DNA of 63,067 nt, filler included, from Phoronis australis (taxonomy: Eukaryota; Animalia; Phoronida): assembly GCA_002633005.1 (NCBI GenBank). It is 6 parts of 6 records of this genome, joined end to end, with 100 filler letters (N's around TTAATTAATTAA, not from the genome) between each part and the next. Parts side by side here need not be neighbours in the genome. Positions count along the whole stretch, not along the records: positions 23,497 to 36,821 come from NMRA01001593.1; positions 36,922 to 41,119 come from NMRA01002667.1; positions 41,220 to 63,067 come from NMRA01000932.1; 3 more parts are not named here. The stretch is one strand, 5' to 3'. Of this stretch, positions 27,844-41,221 are shown piece after piece. Below the pieces are notes generated by a model. It made no database searches. It was not told the DNA's origin and was given only the letters and a program-made list of their open reading frames with translations. The first letter of the stretch is position 1; every line of letters starts with the position of its first letter. Position numbers and translations under genes: made by a program.

Positions 27844-28740
27844 TATGCTACCAAATGACGTTTATTTGATTGTTTTCCACTTAAACGGCTGCAACAAACA
27901 ATGTGAGTGTCGGTGTATTCCAGATTTTGCATGCGCCACCGTCGGTCCGTTAGCTTTATATGTTGAGGTAGCCTTAGTTTTACGACAAGGTGACGAGCAT
28001 AAGTTAACTATACCCGAGTAGTCAACGGCTGTATGAAATTTCGGGGTTAACGGAGCTCAACACACTGTGGTACGACATTTCACACTAAAATTTCTTATTC
28101 CGACAATATGAAAAACCACTTGACTGCACGCTAACACAAGACAGTGACTTTGCCCCCGCCAAATACCTCACGAGAAGCAGCGCTCCAAGCCTTTAATTTT
28201 TTTGAGCTTCGTTAGAGAATATAAGTTTACTTTTTGTTGTTGAATTATTTGTGAAATTAATCAACAATTCATAGAAAACTATCCAAAATTTATTCAGAAT
28301 AAAATACAGTTCCCTTTTAATGATCAAACAAAAATGTATTACAAAGTATTTATTCTTAGGATGACAAGCTGTAACATCAAAATATTTTGAAGCACTAAGT
28401 GAAAACCCATTGAACAGTGATTCAAATATTCTAATTGGCAATTGGAATTACTTACACATTAATTTGAACATGATGCAAAGATGCAAACAAATCTAGATTT
28501 CTCCTGCTCATTTACTTAGAACAATGGAAGGTCACATGGATCACTCTAAGGAATAATGAATATAGTCACAATTCTGAAACTTTGTAGCTCATATCCAGTT
28601 TCAACTAAACACAAAATGCTGAAGCATGCAAGAAAATGACATCATGGTTAACAGCCAGACAGAATATTACCAATACTTTATAGACTGATTTATCCTATAA
28701 TATTCATAGGTGGGTTTTTTATTCTCTGAACATTTTCAAA

Positions 28741-28823
28741 CTAGAACCTTGCGTTCATTTGTAGTAGTCGACTCGCTGCACATACCAGCAACAGTGCAAC
28801 ACTCAGAAGAGTTGTGGTAGCAC
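28741..28823 (-). CDS. Last coding exon of the EB-module protein (GPI-anchor-like hydrophobic tail)
   Basis: ttttcag| phase 1. Translates GATTTLLSVALLLVCAASRLLQMNARF*. Confidence 0.7.
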
Positions 28824-29309
28824 CTGAAAATAGATTTTTATTTACTTGAATTGTGGAAATCATGTTGTGATTGGTTATCATTGAAACAATAAAGATATTG
28901 CAATGATATGAATGGAAATGATGATCAAGTGTTTAGCTGAACCTAGTTACTAATGTTGTTTTTTAACTGTGGTATTGACTGGATTATAGAGAAAATTATG
29001 TGTCCCTGGGCATTCACTATATCAACACATCCTGTATTTTTAAGAAAATTCATCTCATTTACCCCATATGGAACAATTTGATGAGTCTTTTAAAAATTAT
29101 TTCAGTTCACATGGTTACCTGAAGGCATTTTAGGTAGGAGGTTCATCCATAGCCATAGTTTCCCATTGCATGACTAAATGTGTATGCCCTTGTCAAAATT
29201 TGCTTTCGATATTTTAACTGTAACCGATATCTGCCTTTGCTTTTCATTTTTGGGGACAATTTGTTACGGGTTGTTTGCCTGTAGGACCCCACATTGTTAT
29301 GTAACTCAC

Positions 29310-29396
29310 CGTTCTGGCACTTCCCTTCCACACAGATGGCGTTCATGTTGATTCCTTTACAATTTTCGTCTCCATAGCAGGCCTCGCCTAGTTTTC
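29310..29396 (-). CDS. EB-module protein exon
   Basis: ttccag|...|gtgagt, phase 1-1. Translates KLGEACYGDENCKGINMNAICVEGKCQN. Confidence 0.85.
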
Positions 29397-30857
29397 CTGG
29401 AAACGAATCATTTGGAGATTTTGCAAATGTAAGCTTTTACCTAGATTTCCTTAGTACACAATACATAAGTGAGTCTAAAGCCCTTTGGATTATGGTTACG
29501 ACAGTTGGCAGACTGTCCCTATGGAGCTGATGGTTAATGAAGATGGTTTTTGTATCTTTGGAGTTCCTTGACTGATTTGTACGAAATTTGGCTTTCTATT
29601 GGGGAGACGACAATGCTTGCCCATACTTGGATGGGTTCGACAAGTTATGCCCCACTAAGTGGCCATTTTTTGGCGCTCACAAACACCCCTAGAATCATAC
29701 CGTTTCGTTTGTGTTGTTGTCATGGGTGCGTTTCAGTGCTTTTGGTTGCTCTTGTTAATCTTCTGTATATACAGAATTCTTTGAGTTTTTATGGACATGG
29801 TGACGCCTGCCTTTCTGTTTGCTGATGAGTGGAATGTATTGTGTCATCTGGTAGCCATTTTAAGTAATAACACCCTAATAAGCATAAATGTTTGAGGTGT
29901 AATCGTGGGGGCATTTCTATGTGTTGCTTTGCAATTGTTAATTTTGTTTTGGCATCCACCTTTCTAATCTGACCAACTGCTTGAATGATTTTTAAGAAAT
30001 ATCGCAGATATGATCCTTTTGAGATGAGCACAGATGACATCGATTTTCAAATGAGGCAAACTACTGTGGTGCCCCCTTGTGGCAATTTGGCTTTTCTATG
30101 CCTTATAGTATTTGCATTTTTATGCGCCCACATATTTATATGTGGATGCATTGTGCCGTCATCTCCATCCGCCATCTGCTTGTCTGGCGTCTGCTTTGAC
30201 GTACGCTGATGAAATTTTGCATATATATTTCTTTCATGGATAGGACAGCATGAGCGAACATTCGGATGGAATTTGCACTCAGTTGAGTTTTAACTGTCTA
30301 CAGGTACACTAGGAATCATAAAGGAACTTGGGTGAATCCCGCCATTATGTGGTTGCTGACAAATCAATATCAGAAGAACACAAACAGGGATCAGTCCTCT
30401 AATTTGTAAACATGTCCAGCCCGTTAATCAATGTTGTTTCATTGGCTAGTGTTTTCGTCAAATTTCCGTATATGCCAAAGAAAGTTTCGGATCACAGTAT
30501 CATAGGTGATAAAATGTCACAGCGATGTTTCTACTAGTTCTTAAACAATCAGTTTACTACCTATCTATGTGGTGGAAAAATATATTAACTTTTTGTACAA
30601 GATTTCCTCATCGTCCAATTACAATATCGCTGACAATATCGCACTTTGGTGACTTGGGTCGATGCCGTTGTTAGCGTACAAGGTCCCAGCAGATGATACC
30701 GACTTGGAAAAGTTGTTAAGTGACAGCCTTTTTCAATGTGCATCTCGTTTTTATGCACTAAATACAGCAAATGTGAAAATGAAATCTTATTGAATCACCA
30801 AATGATGGCCACGACTGGTCTTTTAGCAAATTAGTTTGAGTCGTCATAGGTACTCAC

Positions 30858-31028
30858 GTGACTGGCATGTGGTTCCACTTCGTATGTGGGTGTGATGGCA
30901 TACGCATGTTTTGGGTGTTGTTGAGTTAACAGTGAGGTCACACACGTCCGTGCCGCATGTCAGACCTTGTGACCCAGAACATATTCCCGGAATTATGCCA
31001 TGATAACACTTATCTCCGAATTTTAGTG
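30858..31028 (-). CDS. EB-module protein exon
   Basis: ttcag|...|gtgagt, phase 1-1. Translates LKFGDKCYHGIIPGICSGSQGLTCGTDVCDLTVNSTTPKTCVCHHTHIRSGTTCQS. Confidence 0.85.
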
Positions 31029-31712
31029 CTGAAATAGAACGTGTCGAAGTCAATTTTATGTTGTTCTCACTGTTGCAATGTTGCTCAAATGTAAGATACC
31101 TGGTTTGTTAACCAGAGTATTCAAAAGTAGCTTCTGCTCCTTTAATTCGTTCTTCAGGCTTAGAAATATTACTTCTTAGAATCTAACAAATATTTTTTCT
31201 CGAATTCAGAAGACTTCCATTTCAAGTGTTCTTGCAATTCTGTCATTGAGATTGCCCACTCTGCTCAAATTTCAATATTATATGGGGTTCAATTAAAAGG
31301 TCACATCCTTCCGACTCACTGCTGAAAATAAAAAATGAAAACTGTAGTATATTGTATTGTACACATTGGTCTCAAGACATCATTGGCAAATAATAATTGA
31401 GTTATGCCAACAAATGGAATTGAACGGAATGATCATAGGAAGCAAGCAAAATTTTGGAGGGTTGACTGCCTATAGCCAGTGAACTCAAAACACAACTGTT
31501 TCCCTGGTCTGACATCACCAACCGTTATGTAACTGCATTAGCTTGTTTTCAGAATTGGCCTATCACCAGAATTTTGAGTGACGGCTTAACTGACCATTTG
31601 GAACTAAGCATTATTGACACCCCTTCGTTTCCAAGTCGCCATTTTACCCGACAAACAACACGTTGTCCGGTAAAACTTATTGTTTGTTAGTCGACATTAT
31701 GCAAGGGGGTGG

Positions 31713-34083
31713 CAGTGGCGGATCTACGTTTTCACCAAGGGGGGGTTTAGGATTCCCGCCAAGGTCGAATCCTAGGCGCGTGGCGCCGAGCGTGGGGAGG
31801 TCGTGTAAGATATTTTTTTGTTTTTGTAGTCAAATAGTGAAATTTCCATGCACCCTGGTAAGTTTCTGGCACTTAACATGTCTCTGGAGTTTTTCTTAAG
31901 ATAATTTAAAACCCTTCTCGATTTCGTCACATGAACTTGGCGCACATAAGTTTCGTGAAACCATATTTGTGCACATCTGGGTATGAGTCGCGCCACCAGC
32001 AAAAATTTTTGTTGGAACATCTGCTTACACACACCTTTTTCAGCATACGAAAAGCCGTATACGAAAAAGTGTGGTGTGTACACAGGGGCTTAGACAATTT
32101 CCAAATATTCAAGAGCATAATTAAGGAGCACCGACGGGGCGTAAAAACTTGAATATCAGATGATCGCGTAACAGCAGCCTCGAGTTGTTTAAGAACGAAG
32201 ACCTGTACTGTTAGTCCGGAAATAAACATGTGTTCTGTCTCGCTACGAGAAAAACTGGAGAACGATGGTGCTCTCAACTCATAGTCTATTATTAAAAGCG
32301 ACAATAAATAATTAGGTATCACTTTATTAAGTTGAATCACGTTGACAACAATTGAAAAACGTCAAATCTATCAGGAAACAAATCATCTGAAAACAGTTTC
32401 ACGAAACCAAAACATCCTGTGCACAGTGGTGAAAAGATACACTGGACTAGTTTGCAGAGGGACCAGATGTACACTGAGAGTGCACAAAAAGCTGACCTGG
32501 TCCGTCACGAGACCAAGAGTACACCTGTGCTTATTATCCCTATAAAAATAGTCGATCTGTCGCGGGACCAAACAGTACTGGCTGAGATAAATAGTTTTAC
32601 AAAGCACACTTTGGTAAAAAAATCACAAGACTAGTTCGCCGAGGGACCAGAAGTACACTGAAACTCAACATCTACACAAATCAAGCTGGCCTGGTCCGTC
32701 GCGAGACCTAAAGTGTACTATGCAAAAAATTTTGAATTGAAAACTTCTCTCTAAAATTTTAATCCCCAGTGGTTACTCATACGTTAGTCCTATCCTTCTG
32801 TTGTCTAGACTGCCGAGGAATTTGTATATCGGATCCAATGATTTGCTCGTCTTGGAACCATTCTACCCAGATATCTTCGATGTTTGTTCCCAACGCTTGC
32901 ACTTCGTCAACTGCTGTGTCAATGAGCTTGTAAGCCTCTACAATGTCAGCATCTCGTTTCGCAGCTCAGTTGACACTAAGACCCTTGAGGTTGCCAAGTC
33001 CATTCAAAAGACTTACATGCGCAACTAAATTTGATCCGTTCATCATGGACTACTTCAAACCTTGACGAAGCATCCCAGGACCTATTTGCATCTCTTGCAA
33101 TTTTCGAAATAAACGTCCCAATGTCTGAACGCTTGAAACCCGAAGTACTAATATCAAATAAATGCCCATGGGCATGAGCGTTTCATCGGGTGAGCCTTTC
33201 TGCGGAAATTCCCAGTATAGAAGACGGCAGTGTGCTTATTGCAGGTAGACAGACGGTAGGTGTTGAGGTCGGAACTAGGGCTCCTTAGGAGGCCTATTTA
33301 ACATCGCACGAGTCCCGCAAGACTTTGTTGTGAAAGAACAGCCTCCCCGCAATTTCTGGTACTGTACACTTTTCGCGAATGCGGTCACTTTCTCAATGTG
33401 AGTGCCCCCTTGGTCATTCCTTGTATAGACATAACTTGTTATAGAGTGTGTCTTCAAACGGACTCGCGACCAGACCACGGCGCCCGCCACAATAGCAATT
33501 CTTCGGAAAAAGAATTTTTTTCAAAAATATTACATGTACATGTACACAATATTACATGTACATGTACACTGTATGATATTGCGCAAGACAACTTTACTAT
33601 ACATCAGTTACAAACAAACGTGTGGAGTGTAATAGAATGACACGGCATGACAGATAAGGTAAAAACTTTGCACGTCAATTCGCCTGAATATCAGGGTTGC
33701 GGCACCGCAGTATTTCCCCTAATCAAATCAAAATATATCTTAGGAGTAAAGAAGTTAGTTACCTAAAGAAATCAGTTATAGAACTGCTCTTTCAGCGGTG
33801 AATCCATCTAAAATGCTTGGCTACTTCAGAAGTGTCGACGGAAGCGCGCGCACAATGAATCCCCGCGCGTTTTGCCGATGAGCCACAAAGACTCAGCAAT
33901 TCACAATGCAAAAAACTATGAACCCCCCTCAGTTTTTCCAAGTCGGTTTACTTGGGGTTTACACACTCTGGCGGTGCCGTTTTTGTTTTGCTGGAGACGC
34001 TTTTGTTTTTTTTTAATTTTTGGGTCCTGGCCCAAGGGGGGGGTTTAAACCCCCTGAACCCCCCCCCCGTAGATCCGCCACTG
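31713..34083. mobile_element. TIR element with 5-bp TSD (hAT5-like), long copy
   Basis: Perfect 16-bp TIR CAGTGGCGGATCTACG, flanked by GGTGG on both sides. An uninterrupted target-repeat copy exists at ~13165-13330. Confidence 0.85.
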
Positions 34084-34326
34084 GGTGGAGCTTGTGATAG
34101 GTCAATTGATTGGGCTAAGATCATTACTGCTGAGGTTTTCAAAATAACCACACTGTGGGGACAAAAACTGCCCGTGCATTTGATTTTACAGTGCTACTCT
34201 TTGTGTTGGAAAGCAGTTGTTTTGATGTCAGACTATGTCTTTAAGGTATCATAAAAATGTCTGGATATACTGCAGTCATGTGGTAAGTTAAACATTTGTT
34301 GCCATGCCTACTACAGTCAGACTTAC

Positions 34327-34461
34327 ATGGGCCACACTGAAGTCCGGTTATATCTGCTACATGGCTAGTGTTCTTACAGGCACACTTACTGGCCCTGCAC
34401 ACAGCATTGTTTTGTATATTTCTGCAGTCGCCATCAACTATACAAAAGTCGCCAACACGCG
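34327..34461 (-). CDS. EB-module protein exon (not in the ORF track)
   Basis: ttttcag|...|gtaagt, phase 1-1. Translates RVGDFCIVDGDCRNIQNNAVCRASKCACKNTSHVADITGLQCGP. Confidence 0.85.
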
Positions 34462-35713
34462 CTGAAAAGCAAGAATACTTATTATTAGTTAATAAGAAGT
34501 TTTTTGTAGTGTTCTAGATTAGTGTGAAAAAACAATACTCAGGTACCCCAGACTAACACATTAGAACTATCGTGGTATATTATTTTGCTGTGGCCTGTAT
34601 TTTGCTAAACCTTAATACTATAATACATGCCACATCTGTAAACCATGTAGATATGAATTTTTATTTTGATTAGTTTGTGATATGAAATGAAATGAAAAAT
34701 TATTGAAAGCCAAATAAAAAGTGATGACAGAGAAACATACTTATCTTCTGCTGAGTAAAAGCAGACAAAAAATTATGACAAAACAAAATTCATTTTGCCA
34801 AGTAAAAATACAGGGCAGTAGAGTAGTAGCACACTAATCATTCATAATCTGTTGAGTCAGAGATTCTTTTGGTGCACACATTATGACTCCCAAGTGTTTG
34901 AATATCTGTTTGAAGTGAATTTGGTTTTATTGATCTATTTACTGTTATTGTTAGCATCTTATGGCTTTGGATATCCTGTACTCTTTGTTTGTTACATATT
35001 TGTTATGTGGGCCAAAGCCCTGTTTGTGTGAAATACATCCTTTATCTATTTTTAAGGCTGAGGGAAATTTTTTTGCCCCATTGTCCATTGTTACCATTTG
35101 CTTTGTTTGACACAGATCATACTTGCAACAACTCCTACGCTAACATTTGGGGTTTTGTTACCCCACCACTTAAGCGAACCTAAGCCAGACTGTGACTAAC
35201 CTAATTGATTCATATATTAATGATCGTGGCTCAGCCGCGATGCTGAGGAAAACCTATTTGTTAATTTCTCTTATAATGCACTGATTTTAAACATTCGAAG
35301 ATGGGTACAGTTTACTTTTTTGAAAACAGTCGTGTTAGTTGTTTGCCTTACTTGTTGGTCGTTTTTGACTTTGAAACTAGTATGCTAAACAGGCCTGTTG
35401 GTTTACTACCACAATTATCTAATCCAGCATGTTCAGCCATATCCATGAATAACGGCTCGACTAGCTCACTTGAATCCGTGACTGCACCATCAAGTCTTCA
35501 ATGTGCTTAGGAATTTGCTGGATATTTTGGGATAAACAGTACACGCTTTCTCGTCCGCTTACGTGGAAATCCTGTTAGCATATGATTTTCCTACTAAAAA
35601 AGGATGTGTTGAGCAAGCAACTTGTACCTCTTGCTCATTCTATCAGTATTAGCCATGTTTCTGTAACTAAATTGTTTTTTCGTACTATGAAATCATGGAC
35701 TGCTTTGACTTAC

Positions 35714-36049
35714 TGCTCCTGCACGTGGGGAATTTCTTGCCCTGGAAGTAACTCAAACCATAGCTGTTGGGCAAATATGTCTGTTGTCCTTGTGGGCAGA
35801 CACATTGTAGTGGGCCACCCATCACGGAGGCAGGGAGTGATACACGGGTGGAAGTACTCCGTACGCATGATGTTGCACTTCCTGTGAGGGTTTCACTTGC
35901 ATAGGTATCTCTCTGTGCACAAACCTCACCGCCAAATCGGCTAAAGTGACTTGGAGCACATTCGCATGTGCCATTAACACACATTGAATGTTGGGCACCA
36001 CATACGCCACCATCGCCATCTGTGGAGCAGGATTCACCAACCTTTTTCT
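35714..36049 (-). CDS. EB-module protein exon (most 5' exon found; upstream exons missing)
   Basis: ttccag|...|gtaagt, phase 1-1. Translates KKVGESCSTDGDGGVCGAQHSMCVNGTCECAPSHFSRFGGEVCAQ...QCVCPQGQ...PTCRS. Confidence 0.85.
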
Positions 36050-36789
36050 CTGGAAAAAGAAATCAGTTGTGGATATGATGCATTCAATTGTATGCTTACA
36101 TGTGCGTGTACATGCATGCATGCATATATTGCCGTACTCGTCTGGATTACCGCCCAAGGCACTTAAATTGGGATTCTAAAAAAACGGGGTGGGCAGTAAG
36201 CCAAGCGTGGGCGGTTAAAATGAAAGTTTTAAAAAGTCATGAGTGGGTGCTTATAGCACAAAGGACGGATTTTACCCTCATGGAGCTACACTGACGTCGG
36301 TCTCTAAGCATGTCTGTTAAAATATACGTCGGCGGATTGAAGTAACGGACTTTGAACTGGCTGAAGTGGAATAGCTCACACGGTATAGTGGCGCCGTTAT
36401 CCCCAGTGTTGGGTTTTTTCGTACCTCGGTTGCTGCTCGTCATGTCTTGAAACTAAGGTGTTCTTACAGATAGACGTGCCTTCAGTAGGCCAAGTTTCTT
36501 GAGAGAAAAGTAAGATAACGCAAGATTAGGCTAGATTGTCATGTGTTGCTACAGGAAGCAGGTGATTTTGTAAAGAAAAGCTGCCTCTTGTTACTTTGGC
36601 AAGCAATGTGCTAATGATTGACAGGGTTCTTTTCTTATAAATACTTTGAACCTAGTTTGAACAATGTAACATTTTAATATATACATTGTATATTTTTTAC
36701 TTGGCGGAATTCTTCCGCCAAGTATGTTACTCTGACAGCAAGTTTTTACTTGGCGGAATTCTTCCGCCAAGTATGTTGCTTTGACAGCA

Positions 36790-36821
<32 letters not shown>

Positions 36822-38292
36822 NNNNNNNNNNNNNNNNNNNNNNNNNNNNNNNNNNNNNNNNNNNNTTAATTAATTAANNNNNNNNNNNNNNNNNNNNNNN
36901 NNNNNNNNNNNNNNNNNNNNNCATCAGTTTTGCTCTTGTCAGTAAATACATATCTGCTATTTTTCATAATGACCGTTTGACAGGCTTAGTGGACACAAAG
37001 GTAGATGACAAAATAATAAAAATGGCTGCTAGGTGATGCAGTGTTAAATCTACATCAAAATGGAAAGGTGATGTCATCTTTATATTGAAAACAAGTCTGC
37101 CAAATTTCACGAAAAACCATCGTTGAATTCTGAAGATACAGAGACATCCGTAAAGTCTAGAATTGCCACTAAGGGGTACAGCAATAGTTGGAACCACCCA
37201 AAATAGTCATGCATGGGCCGCCGTTGGCACCTTTATAAGAAAATACCTGCAAAAGATTAAGGAGATACACCCGACAACAAAATCACCACTAAGACATTCC
37301 ACTGTAGTCAGACCTACTAAAAAATCAGCATCAGCTATTGTCTTCTAATGAGAACACATCTACTAAGTTGCGTAAGTATCTTTTAAAGGGTTTGGCAGAT
37401 AATGAGGCGAACGCCAAAAAACAGACTCAAAATATAATAAAAAATTTGCGATACTTCAAATTTGTTCAAAAGTGATGTGCCGCCATATCCTTAATAGAAA
37501 ACCTAGTTGCCAAATTCCACAAAAATACACCCATGAACACCGGAGATACACAGGAAAAGATTAAAAACTAAATCCGCCAATATGAAGCACAGCAGTAGTC
37601 CGAATGGTCAGAAACTTGTCATCATCTGTTGTCAACTCTAAAGAAACGTATCCGCCAAATTTCCCAAGCTAAGTTCCTGAAAAGGGTTAGGAGATACAGC
37701 TGGAAAGTAACGAAAATAAAAAAACTCGTGCGAAGTAACCACTCGGGGTGCCAGAAAACTCAAACCAGTCCGAAAATACACGTCCACTGTGGTTTCCTCA
37801 TCAAGAAAACATCTGCCAATTTTCAAGATGATCCTTCATTCAGACAAGTAGTTTGGCAGACAGAAAAGCCGGGTGCCAAAAACACACTCAAAATTTTAAA
37901 AATGGCCACAAGGTGGTAAAGAATTGTGAAATGTGTTCCAACATAAAACAATGTCATTGTCTTCTCATCAGAAGCCTATTAGCCAAATTTCATGAACATC
38001 CCTCAAAGAATTCAGAAGATATAGAAAAGCCCGAGTAATAAAAATTTCCACTAGGGGGCACAGAGGCAGTCGGATGTGTTCAAAATTTGCTGTCAGGTGT
38101 TGTCTACTTCATAGGAACACATCTGTCAAATTTCAACAAAATCATAAAAGGGGTTTAGGAGATACAGCAGCAGATGCCAAATTACTAGACAGAAATGAGG
38201 GCAATATACACCCACATATGTATATATGGATGTATAATAAACACAATTAGTGCTACCAATATTTAATCCGGGTCACTTTCTTTCAAGCTTAC

Positions 38293-38414
38293 CAGCGACA
38301 GCGACACGGTTTGGATTAACCAAAAATGAGGCAGCATTGTTCAACAGATACTTGGTGGCGGCCACACAGTCATCAACAGCGCTGGGATAAACATGTTCCG
38401 GAGCCAGACGATAG
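38293..38414 (-). CDS. Exon of an arylacetamide-deacetylase/NCEH1-like alpha/beta hydrolase (HSL family)
   Basis: cttag|...|gtaagc. Translates YRLAPEHVYPSAVDDCVAATKYLLNNAASFLVNPNRVAVAG (YRLAPEH motif), stopping just before the expected DSAGG nucleophile motif. Confidence 0.9.
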
Positions 38415-40067
38415 CTAAGAAAAGGACAACACTTTGACGAGACTATACGACAGAATATGAAGAGTTGTTCTTTGCTCATATCAACATATTGAAAGCCATA
38501 GAACAAAATTTGTGCAGCAGCAACTCCACCCAGGGCTCGACATAACGAGCTGCAGGTCGCATTTGCGACCTGAAATTTGGAAATACGAGCTGAGATTTTT
38601 GTCAGCTCGTATAAAGTCGCAAAATGCGACCTGGAATTTCCAACGAATGCGAGCTGAGTTTTACACTTCTCAACAGATACCTGGCAAATACAAAGCAGCT
38701 CTTGTTAATCCGACCGTTATTTGGTTGTTGCCAAATACAAGTTCAAAAGAACACTAACCGAGAACAGGCCTCCCGATGACTTGTAAGCAAGTCGCGTGAA
38801 CATGGGATATGCAGAATCGATCTTTGACGCGTTTCATTGGCTAACACTTTCGGCCACTTTTGTAAATTCCCGGATTCGCCGAAGAAAGTTTCGGGCCAAT
38901 GCTTACACGTGATAAAACTTCACAAAACAACGGTGTTTCTATTAATTCTTAAGCGATCAACTTACCAAACTTTGTGGTGGACAAAAATGCTTATTTTTCA
39001 CATAAGATGTCCTTATTACATGTACCAAATATCCACGACAATATCCCTGATATCGCACTGCGGCACCATTAGCGCGCAAGCGGTCCCGGCAGACAATCGT
39101 GACTTAGACTGAGGTATGCTTCTCCTTTTATCGTATTAAGACAGCCAAAGTGAAAATGACAACCTTGTTAATCGCCAAACGACGGTCACGTCTTTACTTT
39201 CAATTTTCCAAGAAATTCTCAAACCCTTTACTTGTTTCTGGGGCTACGTGCGCGAAATATGATTTGTCTTTCACACGTTGTTGCCAACGTAAAGTGTAGG
39301 CCTACTCCAGCGATTCAAGTGCGTGAACTCACGCGTGCGCACCACTTCAAAGAACAGCGACAGTCCTAAATGAAAGAGTATACCGGCTTGGCTCTGGTTT
39401 ATTTGAAAATGAACTCAGATTCCCAGCGGTTATAAAAGACCCGATGTCCCGGGACCGATATAACCCAGAACTAACGTTATTCTGTTCCGATGTTTCCCGA
39501 GGTCGATGTTCTGTAANNNNNNNNNNNNNNNNNNNNNNNNNNNNNNNNNNNNNNNNNNNNNNNNNNNNNNNNNNNNNNNNNNNNNNNNNNNNNNNNNNNN
39601 NNNNNNNNNNNNNNNNNNNNNNNNNNNNNNNNNNNNNNNNNNNNNNNNNNNNNNNNNNNNNNNNNNNNNNNNNNNNNNNNNNNNNNNNNNNNNNNNNNNN
39701 NNNNNNNNNNNNNNNNNNNNNNNNNNNNNNNNNNNNNNNNNNNNNNNNNNNNNNNNNNNNNNNNNNNNNNNNNNNNNNNNNNNNNNNNNNNNNNNNNNNN
39801 NNNNNNNNNNNNNNNNNNNNNNNNNNNNNNNNNNNNNNNNNNNNNNNNNNNNNNNNNNNNNNNNNNNNNNNNNNNNNNNNNNNNNNNNNNNNNNNNNNNN
39901 NNNNNNNNNNNNNNNNNNNNNNNNNNNNNNNNNNNNNNNNNNNNNNNNNNNNNNNNNNNNNNNNNNNNNNNNNNNNNNNNNNNNNNNNNNNNNNNNNNNN
40001 NNNNNNNNNNNNNNNNNNNNNNNNNNNNNNNNNNNNNNNNNNNNNNNNNNNNNNNNNNNNNNNNNNN

Positions 40068-40470
40068 GGGCCCGGTCTCTAATCTTTGTACTCGAAACGA
40101 ACTCGAAACTATTTTTGGCAATTTCTCTGCTCCTTTTGTGCGAACTTAAGATAATTGGTTATCAGACTGTGCTCGAATACATTATAGTTTATGCATAGGA
40201 GTTTCTAGTTCAAGTTTGCCCTTGAAGACCCTTATATTCGTGCTACAAACTCGAGTAAAAACTCGAAATTTCGAGTTCAAACTCGAACTTATTGCTTTAA
40301 TATTGGGTTTACAAACTGTGAACTAAGGGCAATAAATTATCTACGTAAGTTATTGTGTGTTCGAGCATAGAATAATAGACACTTATCTTGAGTTCGCCCA
40401 AAAGTAGAGTAGAAAATGCCAAACCTAATTTCGAGTTCCATTTCGAGTAAAAAGATTGGAGGCCGGGCCC
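40068..40470. mobile_element. Foldback MITE with long (~140 bp) diverged TIRs, followed by a 32-bp tandem duplication of its right junction (40454-40523)
   Basis: gggcccggtctctaatctttgtactcgaaa ... tttcgagtaaaaagattggaggccgggccc. Confidence 0.75.
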
Positions 40471-41221
40471 AGGGGACAGAATGAGGATTGGAGGCCGGGC
40501 CCAGGGGACAGAATGAGGATTGGTTGAAATCGCCAAAATAGTAGTGTTTAGTATCCTCTTAATGTACAGCACATGGCAAAAAATGAGCCTCTCTCCTAAT
40601 AACAGAACCATCATGACATGTCATTTCAACCATTCTGATGAGGGACAGCTTGCTCCCAGCCATCATGATGAAGACTTCTGCTTTAACACAACAATCCCAG
40701 GTAAATTTGTTCAGTCATATTTGAGATGTATAGTATTCAAGCTTTGGCTACAGAGCTTGTTCAAGAAATGTGAAATTTCAAAATTTTGTTTGGATAGAAG
40801 AACTTAAGGAATACAACTAATGAACACTGTTAAAAAAATTATCTTAACCACATATGAATCAATAACAATATACTTACGGAGATAAGTTATTGAAGCCATC
40901 CAAACAGATAACGTAGCAGAATAGCCATGGAAGTAGGTATCTTAAGAACTCCACGCACAGCACAAACATGAATGGGAAGATATGACAGTGCATTTCTAGC
41001 AAAAAGATCTAACTCATTTTCCCATGTACCACAAAAAAGAAATACACAGAGTAAAGAACACTTACTCAACAGAAACAAAAAGTACTCCAGTCTTCATCGC
41101 ATAATATTGCATGGGCTGGNNNNNNNNNNNNNNNNNNNNNNNNNNNNNNNNNNNNNNNNNNNNTTAATTAATTAANNNNNNNNNNNNNNNNNNNNNNNNN
41201 NNNNNNNNNNNNNNNNNNNGC

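Noticed and set aside
39444-40198. Three >200-aa ORFs
   Set aside because: They consist almost entirely of the 551-N gap.
40633-40680. CTGATGAG followed by a short stem as a hammerhead (also 9130-9152 on the minus strand)
   Set aside because: The required GAAA and stem III/cleavage triplet are missing.
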